Assembly (NCBI GenBank): GCA_029259175.1
Contig: JAPDJH010000005.1
Coordinates: 1-64,000 of the forward strand
Source: Hadesarchaea archaeon
Lineage (GTDB): Archaea; Hadarchaeota; Hadarchaeia; Hadarchaeales; Hadarchaeaceae
Direction of reading: 5' to 3'
Length of the DNA stretch: 64,000 nt
Part shown: piece by piece, positions 18,454 through 27,552 of the stretch
How positions within the stretch are numbered: position 1 is the stretch's first letter
Layout: the number at the start of each line of letters is the position of its first letter
The notes under the pieces: generated by a model
The model's database searches: none
What the model saw: the letters and a program-made list of their open reading frames with translations, nothing else
What the model was told of the DNA's origin: nothing
Position numbers and translations under genes: made by a program

Positions 18454-19540
18454 GACGGCGGTAAAGCTTGACGAGCTTTGACACCATCCGGTCAACCGAA
18501 TACTCCGAAGCCGTGCGCCGCGCGTTGGTGCTCATCGCCTCCGTGGGTTCGAAGGAATCGAGCATTTCGGCGAGTTCGTCCGTATTATCGGGCTCGAAAA
18601 GAAGACCATTTCTGCGAGGTTTAACGATCTCGGGAATCGCGAGCGCCCGGGCACCAATGACCGGAGTACCGCAGGCCATGGCTTCGAGCATCACCACGCC
18701 TTGGGTCTCGCTCGTGGACGCCACGACTAAAGCGTCGGCCGCCGAGTAGTACAGTGGCTTGAGCTCTTCCCTCACAAATCCGTGAAACACCACCTTTCGG
18801 GACAATCGCTCGCGACGCACCAACTCTTTGAGCCTTGAGGCGTGAGGACCGCGTCCGCAGACGACCAGTTTCCCGTTGACGCGCTTCATGGCTCGGATCA
18901 CCACATCTACTTTCTTCTCGTAGGACAGACGGCCGAGCGAGAGAAAGACTCTCTCGTTTCCCAGCCCGAGTTTTTTCCTCGCAAGATGCTTGGGGTGAGG
19001 ACGGTAAAAGGACGTGTCTATTCCGTTGGGGACGACTTCGATGGGGCGCTTTATGCCCTTCTCCCTCAAAACGCGCTTCAGAGTGCGGCTTGGGGTGATC
19101 ACCCGGTGCTGCCAGTTGTAAAAGACACGGCAGAACTCCCACGTGAAAAACTTCATCAGAGGAGCGCCCACCCGGAATGCGTACCGGAGGTACTCGGTGA
19201 GTAGAGTGTGAAAGCTTGCAACGCGGGGGAGTCCGTGGTGCTTCGCCACGCGAATGCCGAAGAATCCCATGGTAAAGGGAGAGTGCGAGTGGACCAGGTC
19301 AAGGGGTGGGACACGATCCTTGCCCTGGGGTACGGCGATCCGGAACTCCGGATAGGGTCTGAACCTGACGGCAGGATAGGAATACACCCGAATTCCATTG
19401 ATCTCCTTCACGCGCGTCTTGGGACAAAACACGTGCACCTCGTGGCCTCTGCGAACCAGCTCGGACCCAAAGCTGAGGACGGAAGTGACCACGCCATTTC
19501 GCTGGGGGAGAAAGGTGTCGGTAAAGAATCCCAGGCGCAT
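18440..19540 (-). CDS. Glycosyltransferase family 4 (monoglucosyl-diacylglycerol synthase/LafA-like)
   Basis: MRLGFFTDTFLPQRNGVVTSV, HSHSPFTMG, GRLSYEK, STSETQGVVMLEAMACG. Confidence 0.9.
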   Translation of the reverse strand: MRLGFFTDTFLPQRNGVVTSVLSFGSELVRRGHEVHVFCPKTRVKEINGIRVYSYPAVRFRPYPEFRIAVPQGKDRVPPLDLVHSHSPFTMGFFGIRVAKHHGLPRVASFHTLLTEYLRYAFRVGAPLMKFFTWEFCRVFYNWQHRVITPSRTLKRVLREKGIKRPIEVVPNGIDTSFYRPHPKHLARKKLGLGNERVFLSLGRLSYEKKVDVVIRAMKRVNGKLVVCGRGPHASRLKELVRRERLSRKVVFHGFVREELKPLYYSAADALVVASTSETQGVVMLEAMACGTPVIGARALAIPEIVKPRRNGLLFEPDNTDELAEMLDSFEPTEAMSTNARRTASEYSVDRMVSKLVKLYRRLIRT

Positions 19541-19594
19541 GCGATTCCCCAATCTTAAAACGGGCACCGGATATGTAAGTTTGAGCGTGGGGTA

Positions 19595-20521
19595 ATGATC
19601 GGCATGATTCTCTGCGGCGGAATGGCCAAGCGGTTGCGGCCGCTCACCCAACGGGTTCCGAAAGTTCTGCTCGAGCTCAAACCGGGATACACTTTGCTGG
19701 ATCGCCAGTTGCTACAGTACAAGAGCGCGGGAATCGAAAAGGTCATCCTGCTGACCGGACATCTGAGCGAAAAAATCGAGAGGCGCATTGGGCGGGAGCG
19801 GTTTGGTGTCTGCATCGACTATGTCAGGGAACGAAAGCCGCTCGGAACGCTGAACGCGATCCGATTGGGAATGCGAAAAGCCAAGGACGATGTGGTGGTG
19901 AGCAACGGAGATGTCGTGTGCGATCTCAATCTCCGGAGGATGTGGATGCGATGGAGGCACAGCAAAGCCTGGGGCTCCATGTACATCGTGCGGATGCGGA
20001 GTCCCTATGGGGTGGTCAAGACCAGGGGTGGACGGATAACGGGTTTTGAGGAAAAGCCCCTGCTCAGCTGTTATATCAATGGGGGGTTCTACTGCCTCTC
20101 ACACCGCGTGCTCCCGCTTTTGGAACGCTACAAAACGGGCGATATAGAAAAAACGGTGTTTCCGGAGCTCGCGAGGGCTGGAAGATTCACCTATTACAAA
20201 GAGGACGGGATCTACTGGATCTCCGTTGATACTCTCAAGGATTTGGAAGCCGCGCAAAGGGAGTACTCGAACAGGCGGGACACCGAGTGGGGATACGAAA
20301 AAGCGGTGGGTAGTGGGAAAAGACTTTTCTATGTGATGGCCGGGCACAGCATGAGCACGCGCGGCATCCGGGTGCTAAAAGTCGTGAGAGGGCGTGGTGT
20401 TTTGAGGTGTGGAAACCGTTCGTGGAGAGTGAGAACCGGAAGTCGCGTCTTCCTGAAAAGCTCCGAGGAATACACGCTCAGAGCACGAGCGAACACATGG
20501 GTCGAGGGACTAAGCAGCTGA
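19595..20521 (+). CDS. Sugar-phosphate nucleotidyltransferase with a degenerate C-terminal cupin
   Basis: ILCGGMAKRLRPLT..PK, PLGT, NGDV, FEEKP, INGGFY; C-terminal WGYEK. Confidence 0.85.
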   Translation: MIGMILCGGMAKRLRPLTQRVPKVLLELKPGYTLLDRQLLQYKSAGIEKVILLTGHLSEKIERRIGRERFGVCIDYVRERKPLGTLNAIRLGMRKAKDDVVVSNGDVVCDLNLRRMWMRWRHSKAWGSMYIVRMRSPYGVVKTRGGRITGFEEKPLLSCYINGGFYCLSHRVLPLLERYKTGDIEKTVFPELARAGRFTYYKEDGIYWISVDTLKDLEAAQREYSNRRDTEWGYEKAVGSGKRLFYVMAGHSMSTRGIRVLKVVRGRGVLRCGNRSWRVRTGSRVFLKSSEEYTLRARANTWVEGLSS

Positions 20522-20531
20522 GAGGACACGT

Positions 20532-21161
20532 ATGAAGAAGGGGGTCTTGAGTTCAGTCGGTATTATCATTGGTCTGGCCGTTGCTTTTTCGATAATCTTC
20601 TATTTGGGGGCTCAAGTGCCGCCGGAGGGCTTCTGGGAGGATCTGGGATACGGAGGTGTGCTGTTCCTGAGTTTTGTTGGATCGAGTTCGGTAATCCTGC
20701 CAGTTCCATACACGGTTGTGCTATTGTCCATCGCTCCAGCGTTTGAGCCGGTGCTCTTCGCGGTGGCGGTGGGGGTCGGGTCGGCGCTGGGCGAAATGGT
20801 CGGCTATGGATTGGGATACGCCGGGCGAGTGGCGCTAGGGGAAAAAGAAAAGAAAAAACTCCGGGCCATGCTTCAGGTGTTTAAGCGCTATGGGCCTTGG
20901 GCCATTTTTCTGTTCGCACTCACCCCGCTGCCAGACGATCTGCTCTTCGTTCCTCTGGGACTGATGCGCTACAGCTTGCTGAACGCGCTGGTGGCGTGTG
21001 CTCTCGGAAAGTTCTGCATGGGGCTGATTCTGGCTTATTCGGGTCATGTAGCGGAGTCCTTTTTCAGCTCGAGCTGGCTGATGGCCCCGATCACAGCGGT
21101 GGTACTGGCCCTGATCGTGGTCTTGGTGTTCAGGATCGATTGGACTCGGCTCGCGCGATGA
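20532..21161 (+). CDS. DedA/VTT (SNARE-associated) membrane protein
   Basis: ILPVPY, GSALGEMVGYGLG, ALTPLPDD. Confidence 0.85.
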   Translation: MKKGVLSSVGIIIGLAVAFSIIFYLGAQVPPEGFWEDLGYGGVLFLSFVGSSSVILPVPYTVVLLSIAPAFEPVLFAVAVGVGSALGEMVGYGLGYAGRVALGEKEKKKLRAMLQVFKRYGPWAIFLFALTPLPDDLLFVPLGLMRYSLLNALVACALGKFCMGLILAYSGHVAESFFSSSWLMAPITAVVLALIVVLVFRIDWTRLAR

Positions 21162-22280
21162 TCACGCTGGCTTGAAGCGCTCGCGCAGTTTTTCTAGGAC
21201 TTTTGGAAGGGTGGTGTACTCCATGGATTCCTTGCCGAGACGCGCTGGCTCGAATTCTCCCATTCGTCTTATCCAGCGGGCGAGTTCGGCGGCCTCTCGG
21301 CGGGCTGGTTCAAAGGACGGATCGTCGAACAGGTCGCTTATCATTGGCTTGCCCTCGTCGTCTTCAGCGATTTTGCCGTTGCAGATCTGGAAACCGAGAG
21401 CCACTATGCGCGGCGGGCCGTCGAAGGCGCAGCACCGGGCGTCGCGCAGGCTCACAGGCATGAGCGGACCCCAGTGGCTTCCGCGCATCCATCCCTCAAC
21501 GAAATAGCTGTGCATAAAGGGGGCCAGTGCCTCGCCCACTGCGGGCAGGCCGTGCTGGCAGCGCACGATGCACACTGGGTCGTCCTTGCCCACGTACTTG
21601 CCGGCTATCAGGGAAAGGCGGGTGGTGCTCGTCGCAGCACACACGAGATCGTCTGAAGCGCGCCACACGTGGGAGACCACGTACTGGCCGGGAGCTCCGA
21701 TGAGGGCGATGAGGTCGTAGGTTTCCTCCGGGCACTTGAGCACCACTTTCTTGTTCTCGTACACGTCCATTACTTCGAACTTGAAGCCGCCGGTCATGTT
21801 GGGATCGATGACAAGGCCTGCGGTGTTGAAGGGATCGGCAAAAATCTTGAAGAGCGGGAAGTTGAAGGCTCCGGGCTCCGTCTTGTCTGCGGCGAAGACG
21901 ATGATGGGGTCGGACTTGCGCTCCTCGATCTCCATCTCGGCAACTCCGGGACCCATTCCACGGATGTTGCCGCTGAAGGAGGTCTTGAGGATGTCCTGTC
22001 CCGCGGCGTACAGCTTCAGGTCGACTGCGCGCTTTGCTGCTTCCTGGAAGGTCTCCCAGGCAAGCTTGTGGATTTCCTCGTTGGTCTCGCCCCGCTGGTG
22101 GACCATCAGGAGTTCGAGATCGTCGCCGGCGTGGAAAACGAAGTAGTTGTTGATCAGACCGCTCTGCTGGGCCTCAGAGAGCTTGCGTTCTGCGATCTGG
22201 AGCAGAGGTTCTGGAACGGTGTGGTGGCCTGCTAGCGAACCGACATCACACTTGATTATGGAAATAGTAGTTTTCGCCAT
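21162..22280 (-). CDS. fbp: Fructose-1,6-bisphosphate aldolase/phosphatase (class V)
   Basis: IKCDVGS..GH, LYAAGQD, DKTEPGAFN, YVGKDDP, GWMRGSH, FDGPPR. Confidence 0.97.
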   Translation of the reverse strand: MAKTTISIIKCDVGSLAGHHTVPEPLLQIAERKLSEAQQSGLINNYFVFHAGDDLELLMVHQRGETNEEIHKLAWETFQEAAKRAVDLKLYAAGQDILKTSFSGNIRGMGPGVAEMEIEERKSDPIIVFAADKTEPGAFNFPLFKIFADPFNTAGLVIDPNMTGGFKFEVMDVYENKKVVLKCPEETYDLIALIGAPGQYVVSHVWRASDDLVCAATSTTRLSLIAGKYVGKDDPVCIVRCQHGLPAVGEALAPFMHSYFVEGWMRGSHWGPLMPVSLRDARCCAFDGPPRIVALGFQICNGKIAEDDEGKPMISDLFDDPSFEPARREAAELARWIRRMGEFEPARLGKESMEYTTLPKVLEKLRERFKPA

Positions 22281-22336
22281 TTCTACTCCTCCTTATCCAC
22301 TACTCCGCTCCGCTCTCTAAAAAGGTTGTTGTGGGT

Positions 22337-22903
22337 TCAAGCAGCGTAGGAGACGGCAAAGGCACCCAGCAGTCCTAGGATCACGGAAATCGCGAGCAAA
22401 ACCATTAGGCTTCCGACGAGGCCTTTCTCCGGACGAATGGCTTTCCCATACAAACGCTGCAGAGCTCGGAAAGAGCGAGAGACCCCCAGATGCGAGGCCC
22501 AGAGACACAGGGGGAGGTTGCCGACGAACACTAGGATGTAGTAAAACAATACCCAGATCTGGCCCCCTGTGGTCGATGTGATATCCATGCCCTGAAGGGT
22601 TTTCTCCAAGCTGGAAAGCACCACGCTGTCCCACACCCCTCGGGAAAACACGAACACGGGGGCCAGTGCGCCGAACAGCAGCTCTGAAACGACAAAAGCG
22701 GCGACAACGGTTAGCGGGAAGTAGAGGAATGGTTCCCACCAGAGCTGGCTTTCGGGAAGAGGAGGTCCGAGAGCACCGCCCAGGCAGGAAAAGAGGGTTT
22801 CGGATCCGCCGGCCCAGCGGCCAAAGGCTAGACCAGCGGACCACGCACCGATCAGCAACAGCCAAGCGAGCTGGCTGAAGGTCTCTTGGCGCACGTGACT
22901 CAC
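22337..22903 (-). CDS. Multi-pass membrane protein (possibly SpoIIM-like)
   Basis: Several hydrophobic segments; GTG start overlaps the upstream TGA. Confidence 0.6.
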   Translation of the reverse strand: MSHVRQETFSQLAWLLLIGAWSAGLAFGRWAGGSETLFSCLGGALGPPLPESQLWWEPFLYFPLTVVAAFVVSELLFGALAPVFVFSRGVWDSVVLSSLEKTLQGMDITSTTGGQIWVLFYYILVFVGNLPLCLWASHLGVSRSFRALQRLYGKAIRPEKGLVGSLMVLLAISVILGLLGAFAVSYAA

Positions 22904-23118
22904 TTGGAGCGTTCGTATTGGCGCTTGGCGTCCATTATGGCCCGGGTGAGGTAGGTGTGACGGACCGTGGGGGTACGGGCAGGAGTGCTGGAAGGGGGCG
23001 ACTGAGGCCTCACAATCCCCATGCGTCGCTCGAGGGCCTCTACGCGGCGCTCGAGCTGGGAGAGCTTCAAAAGTATCGCGTCGAGTGCGGATTTCACAGA
23101 AGCGATTTCTTCTGGCAT
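22900..23118 (-). CDS. Small coiled-coil hypothetical protein
   Basis: MPEEIASVKSALDAILLKLSQLERRVEALERRM heptad pattern; overlaps the start of the next gene. Confidence 0.6.
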   Translation of the reverse strand: MPEEIASVKSALDAILLKLSQLERRVEALERRMGIVRPQSPPSSTPARTPTVRHTYLTRAIMDAKRQYERSK

Positions 23119-23196
23119 CCACTCACACTCAGGGGGACAGATTATAAGGATTGGCCTGCAAACCCTTTTTTGGAAAAACGCGCTGGTCTTAATCGA

Positions 23197-23274
23197 GCCG
23201 CCGTAGCTGAGCTTGGTTACAGCGGCCGCCTCGTAAGCGGCAGATCGTGGGTTCAAATCCCACCGGCGGCTCCA
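23197..23274 (+). tRNA. tRNA-Thr(CGT), CCA encoded
   Basis: Acceptor gccgccg/cggcggc, anticodon arm gccgc-ctCGTaa-gcggc, T-loop ttcaaat. Confidence 0.95.
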
Positions 23275-23326
23275 TCATCTAAGAAATTCTTAAATAATTG
23301 AATTCCAGAGTACTCTTGGTGGCAAA

Positions 23327-23602
23327 GTGACTGATGCTTACGTCTGCAAAGTAACATCCGTAGGTCAAATAACCTTGCCAAAGGAAATTAGAAAGGAGTT
23401 AAACATCAAAGGAGACGATTTCGTTATTTTGGAGAAAATCGGAGAAACATACTTCCTGAGAAAGGTTGGGATCGAGAAGGACCTCCTGAAAAAAATCCGG
23501 GCGAAGGTAAGGAAAAGCGGGCTGACGAAAGAGAAGCTCGCTAAGATACTTGAGGAGGTCTCCGAAGGGACGTGGAGAAAAACGTATGAGGGTCTTCGTT
23601 GA
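23327..23602 (+). CDS. AbrB/MazE/SpoVT-type antitoxin (VapB)
   Basis: KVTSVGQITLPKEIRKELNIKGDD. Confidence 0.88.
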   Translation: MTDAYVCKVTSVGQITLPKEIRKELNIKGDDFVILEKIGETYFLRKVGIEKDLLKKIRAKVRKSGLTKEKLAKILEEVSEGTWRKTYEGLR

Positions 23603-24023
23603 CGCCAACACCATCGTGAGCGGATTACTCTTTGAGGGCAACGAAGCCACTTTGCTCGAACTCGGAAGATTGAGGGCTCTTCGCTTAATAACAAACGAAT
23701 ACGTCTTGAAAGAAGTGAAGGCGGTTCTGGAGAGGAAAGAATTCGGCCTGAGCGAGGGTGAATTGCGGGGCTTGGTAAGATATGTATCTGAATGCATTTC
23801 AATCGTTGAAAATCCTCCGGAGAAAGAAATCAGGGGGCACTACAACTTGTTGAGGGACAAAAAGGACCTGCCCGTTGTGGTGGGAGCAAAAATTGAAAAT
23901 TCTGATTACTTGGTTACGGGCGACAAGGAACTGCTTTCAGAGAAAGTTAAACGTTTCGTGAACACGATCACTACATCAGAGTTATTGGAGAAGTTAACGA
24001 GGGAAAAGTCCGTCCAGTTTTGA
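23586..24023 (+). CDS. PIN-domain toxin (VapC-like)
   Basis: VFVDANTIVS, LRDKKDLPVV, LVTGDKELL; overlaps the antitoxin. Confidence 0.9.
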   Translation: MRVFVDANTIVSGLLFEGNEATLLELGRLRALRLITNEYVLKEVKAVLERKEFGLSEGELRGLVRYVSECISIVENPPEKEIRGHYNLLRDKKDLPVVVGAKIENSDYLVTGDKELLSEKVKRFVNTITTSELLEKLTREKSVQF

Positions 24024-24048
24024 GAGGGCAATCCGGTGTTGGCTTTAG

Positions 24049-24076
24049 TACGAAGCCTACCGGCGACTCTATCAAC
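24049..24076 (+). repeat. Degenerate direct repeat of the tRNA-Thr 3' end (att-like)
   Basis: tacgaagcctaccggcgactctatcaac vs ttcaaatcccaccggcggctccatcatc; 21/28 identical by manual alignment. Confidence 0.45.
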
Positions 24077-24133
24077 ACCTAGGTGTTAAAAACCAAAAAC
24101 GTTCTATTTGCTCAAAAACGGAGAATAAGTGAT

Positions 24134-24889
24134 ATGTGGGGATACGTGGGAGAAGTGTTCAGCTCTATCCAAGGAGAAGGAATTCATCTCGGATGCAGAC
24201 AGGTATTCGTCAGGCTAGCGGGCTGTCCGTTGCACTGTGTGTACTGTGACACTGTGCGATTCAGAAGTCCTGTGCGGCGATGGTGCGTGGTGGAGTGCAG
24301 GCCAGGAAGTCAGGAATTCAAGAAGGTGAAAAATCCGGTGGAGACCTCTCGAGTAGTGGAATGGGTAAGAGAACTGTGGACTTCCGCGACACACAGCGTG
24401 GCACTGACGGGCGGCGAACCACTCGCAGCCGGAGAATTCCTGGTGGAGCTAACGCGTGCGCTCAAACAAAGAGGGTTCAGGAACTATCTGGAGACGAGTG
24501 GGGTGTCAAGCCCGGTTTTTGAGCGGGTAGCGGAACACATCGATTTTGCGGCCATCGATATCAAATTGCCGGAGCATCGGGCGGTCGAGCGCTGGGGGGA
24601 GCTTTTGAAGCACGAACTGGGGTGCGTGCGGCTGGCGTTGAAGCACAGGGTAGACACGTTCGTGAAGCTGGTGGTGCTCGAGAGCACTGAGGCAAGCACC
24701 GTAATCCGGGTGTGCAGGAGGTTGAAGCGGATCGGGAGGGTACCGGTGGTGCTCCAGCCGGTGACTCCGCGGCGTGGGATGAAGAGACCAAGCTGGGAGC
24801 AGCTCCTAAAAATCACGGAAGAGGTGGCGCGGCTGGGGCTGGATGTACGTGTGATCCCTCAAGTGCATCGACTGGGTGGGTGGAAGTGA
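24134..24889 (+). CDS. queE: 7-carboxy-7-deazaguanine synthase (radical SAM)
   Basis: EVFSSIQGEG, FVRLAGCPLHCVYCDT, LTGGEP, LQPVT, IPQVH. Confidence 0.88.
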   Translation: MWGYVGEVFSSIQGEGIHLGCRQVFVRLAGCPLHCVYCDTVRFRSPVRRWCVVECRPGSQEFKKVKNPVETSRVVEWVRELWTSATHSVALTGGEPLAAGEFLVELTRALKQRGFRNYLETSGVSSPVFERVAEHIDFAAIDIKLPEHRAVERWGELLKHELGCVRLALKHRVDTFVKLVVLESTEASTVIRVCRRLKRIGRVPVVLQPVTPRRGMKRPSWEQLLKITEEVARLGLDVRVIPQVHRLGGWK

Positions 24890-24926
24890 AACAAAGGGTA
24901 CAACTGGAGAGTTGTATTCCTGCTGG

Positions 24927-25214
24927 TTATACAACCGAGGAGTTGTGCTCGTGGGTGCGGTTCTGATACCGGAGATGACCCAGCTGAAGTCCCATCTCCA
25001 CGAATGCCCATCCCCACACCAAACACTCGAAACTGCGCACGAGATCAGAACGATCATAAAAGTAGGTCGAATCGCTGTAATAGGCCTTGGCGTTTTCCAA
25101 CATGGAGGACCCAATATCATTGGTCGGTACGACCTCAGACAAGCGCTTTTCTAATCGCTCTGACCATTTGCGGATTTCCGATTTGAGCTCATCTGACAAG
25201 CTGGTCGACGACAT
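24927..25214 (-). CDS. DUF357 family protein
   Basis: NAKAYYSDSTYF..DLVRSFECLVWGWAFVE; follows dph5. Confidence 0.8.
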   Translation of the reverse strand: MSSTSLSDELKSEIRKWSERLEKRLSEVVPTNDIGSSMLENAKAYYSDSTYFYDRSDLVRSFECLVWGWAFVEMGLQLGHLRYQNRTHEHNSSVV

Positions 25215-25980
25215 CAGCGGGTGCCCCCCCAAATACTTTTAGGGCCTCTCCCTCCATGAAGTGCAATGCACCTGGAACAACAAGCGAATGCGGAGGGTCG
25301 CCGAAATCTTGAGAGGCCAACTCCCGAATCATGGCGGCGCGCACCCTTGCGTCGGGATCACCCACACGGGCCACGACAACGGCCAGAGTTTCTGGGAGAA
25401 AGACCTTTTTGCCGTGCTTTCTCTCGAGACCCGACATGATTTCGATCGCTTGGTTAGCTGTCATGGCTCTCTCCTCCTCAGCTCGAAAATCTAGCAAAAG
25501 CAGAGTGTGCAGACCCCTTTGCTTGTTCTGAACCAATATCTCATATGGACGCGACGAAGGATTGTCAGGAAAAGGAATGGTAGCCGATGCCCCGAACTTG
25601 TAGCTTTGGAGACCCGCAGCGCCCGCGACCGCTGATAAAATCGAGCCCGCATGTACAATTTCAGTTTGAATATTCATGCGGTGTGCTCTGAGACGCAAAT
25701 CAACATGAGTCGTGGCGACCATGGGGTCTCCCGGAACCAAAAAAACAACCCGCTCTCTCTTTGCCCGGCGGAGGATTTCGTCTGGGTTTTCCTCCACCGT
25801 TTTTCTATCTACGACTCGAACCGGCTTTCCTATCAGCTGCTGGAGTTCCTCAACGGACAGGCGGGGCACTATGCTCGTGTAGAACTCCGCATACACTGCG
25901 TCGGCTCGCCTAGCTTCTTCCAGTCCACGAACCGAGATGCCGGCGCGCTCAAGACCCAATCCGACAAATATCAGCGGCAT
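25189..25980 (-). CDS. dph5: Diphthine synthase
   Basis: FVGLGL, YAEFYTS, GDPMVATTH, GLQSYKFG, GLHTLLLLD. Confidence 0.95.
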   Translation of the reverse strand: MPLIFVGLGLERAGISVRGLEEARRADAVYAEFYTSIVPRLSVEELQQLIGKPVRVVDRKTVEENPDEILRRAKRERVVFLVPGDPMVATTHVDLRLRAHRMNIQTEIVHAGSILSAVAGAAGLQSYKFGASATIPFPDNPSSRPYEILVQNKQRGLHTLLLLDFRAEEERAMTANQAIEIMSGLERKHGKKVFLPETLAVVVARVGDPDARVRAAMIRELASQDFGDPPHSLVVPGALHFMEGEALKVFGGAPADVVDQLVR

Positions 25981-26054
25981 CGGGCGTACCGCTAAGCCTT
26001 TCGGACAAAGAGTTTATATAGGAAAAGCATAAACCGTCTAAAAAGGCGGTGCTC

Positions 26055-26270
26055 ATGGGACCAACAGAAACAGAGATCAGAACCGTGCTGGAGGACATAC
26101 GGGCGGCTAAAGCACTCCAGATAAAGCAAGAGGAGGGAAAAATCGTTGTAAAGATTCCGGAGACCCTCATCCTCAGCAATGAGGACTTCGGGCGCATCCA
26201 CGAGCGGCTGGTAGCAATGGGCGGCACTTACATCAAGGGAGCGCAGGCCTGGGAGATACCCCTCAGGTGA
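26055..26270 (+). CDS. Small hypothetical protein
   Basis: Clean ORF in an intergenic gap, after a TATA-like tttatata and a GGCGGTG SD-like motif. Confidence 0.6.
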   Translation: MGPTETEIRTVLEDIRAAKALQIKQEEGKIVVKIPETLILSNEDFGRIHERLVAMGGTYIKGAQAWEIPLR

Positions 26271-26313
26271 GGCTTGCACTATTTTAAAATCGGGGCGGAA
26301 AAAGAAAAACTTG

Positions 26314-26391
26314 GGGCCCGTAGCTCAGTCTGGTCGGAGCGGCCGGCTCTTAACCGGCAGGTCGGGGGTTCGAATCCCCTCGGGCCCGCCA
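26314..26391 (+). tRNA. tRNA-Lys(CTT), CCA encoded
   Basis: Acceptor gggcccg/cgggccc, anticodon arm gccgg-ctCTTaa-ccggc, T-loop ttcgaat. Confidence 0.96.
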
Positions 26392-26442
26392 TTGTAGACG
26401 GTTTAGTAGTATAGAACATAAAGACAACTGAAAATTCATCGC

Positions 26443-26877
26443 TTAGCCTTTCTTAGTTAGGCGGGTTATTTCTCTGATCACGATCTCTGCGCTTTTGATG
26501 GCTTCTTCAGCTTCTTCTTTGGTGACGAAAAAATCCAGTTGGTACAAATCCGTGTGTCTAAGATTCCTGAATCTATCCAGCAAGTCTACGACCAGCTTGG
26601 GTAACTTCTCCCTCTTCACATACTTCTCTTCCAAATATCTTGCAACGCAGTAATGACTTTTCTCTCTAAAGCCGTCCCTGAAGAGCAGAGCCCTGGCCGC
26701 GTGGAACATTGCCGAGTAAGAGCTGACTAGACAGCTGTCCAACAAACCGTACTCGAGATTTTTCTTAGCCTCTTTTAACCACCTATTCGCCTTGACTATG
26801 CTTTTCAGCGCTTTCTCTTCAGATGCCGGGATTTTTCTTATCAAACCTTTCTCGAAACACTCATCGAGTTCACTCAA
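26443..26877 (-). CDS. HEPN domain protein (toxin of an MNT-HEPN pair)
   Basis: SYSAMFHAARALL..REKSH..FRNLRHTDLY. Confidence 0.9.
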   Translation of the reverse strand: MSELDECFEKGLIRKIPASEEKALKSIVKANRWLKEAKKNLEYGLLDSCLVSSYSAMFHAARALLFRDGFREKSHYCVARYLEEKYVKREKLPKLVVDLLDRFRNLRHTDLYQLDFFVTKEEAEEAIKSAEIVIREITRLTKKG

Positions 26878-27400
26878 TCGTCTCACCGCAGAGCACGATC
26901 GATCCAAATGCTAGGGAGTAGTAAAAAGTTGGATCTTCCTTTTTCAGCCTCTCGACGTTATCTGGTGTGAGCACCAACATTTGCACGTTCGTTCCGATAC
27001 TTTTTCTGATCTCGCCCACGAGCGAGCCTATTTTCACCTCCCCCGGATGTTTTTCGACTTTTATCCAGATATCGAGGTCGCTGTCTTCGTAGTTGGTTCC
27101 GCTCGCCCAAGAACCGTAAACTCCTGCGCTGATAACGTTCAACGATTTTATCTTATCGATCACATTTTTCTCAACTAGTTTTTTCACGTTCAAGAAAATT
27201 TTCAACGCTCTCACGAGAGGAAAACTCAAATCCACCCTGTTGTTTTTGATTATTCCTTCGTTGCGCAGCACTTTCAAAGTCTTGCTGATGTGGGACGGGC
27301 TTAGGTTGAGTCTCCTAGCCAGCTCCCTTACTTTTATTTCGGCTGTTGGGTTATCCAGCACGAATTCCAATACCTTTTCTCTTCTCAAAAGTGTTGACAT
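26870..27400 (-). CDS. HTH-fused minimal nucleotidyltransferase (MNT antitoxin)
   Basis: VRELARRLNLSPSHISKTL HTH; VYGSWASG..EDSDLDIWI. Confidence 0.9.
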   Translation of the reverse strand: MSTLLRREKVLEFVLDNPTAEIKVRELARRLNLSPSHISKTLKVLRNEGIIKNNRVDLSFPLVRALKIFLNVKKLVEKNVIDKIKSLNVISAGVYGSWASGTNYEDSDLDIWIKVEKHPGEVKIGSLVGEIRKSIGTNVQMLVLTPDNVERLKKEDPTFYYSLAFGSIVLCGETIE

Positions 27401-27552
27401 ACAGTAAACATTTTGTTTCCTATTTATAAACACTTCGTTTCTTTTGAGATAACAGAGATCTGGGTTTGAATTCGGGGAGGGTCCAAGGCGCGATTTGCCA
27501 CCCGTGTCTTTAACCGTTAAGAATAAACCAAGTGAAAAAAACCGGGAAAACT

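Noticed and set aside
27458-27490. gggtttgaattc as an att copy of the tRNA-Lys T-arm
   Set aside because: The match is short and does not extend convincingly into the acceptor stem.
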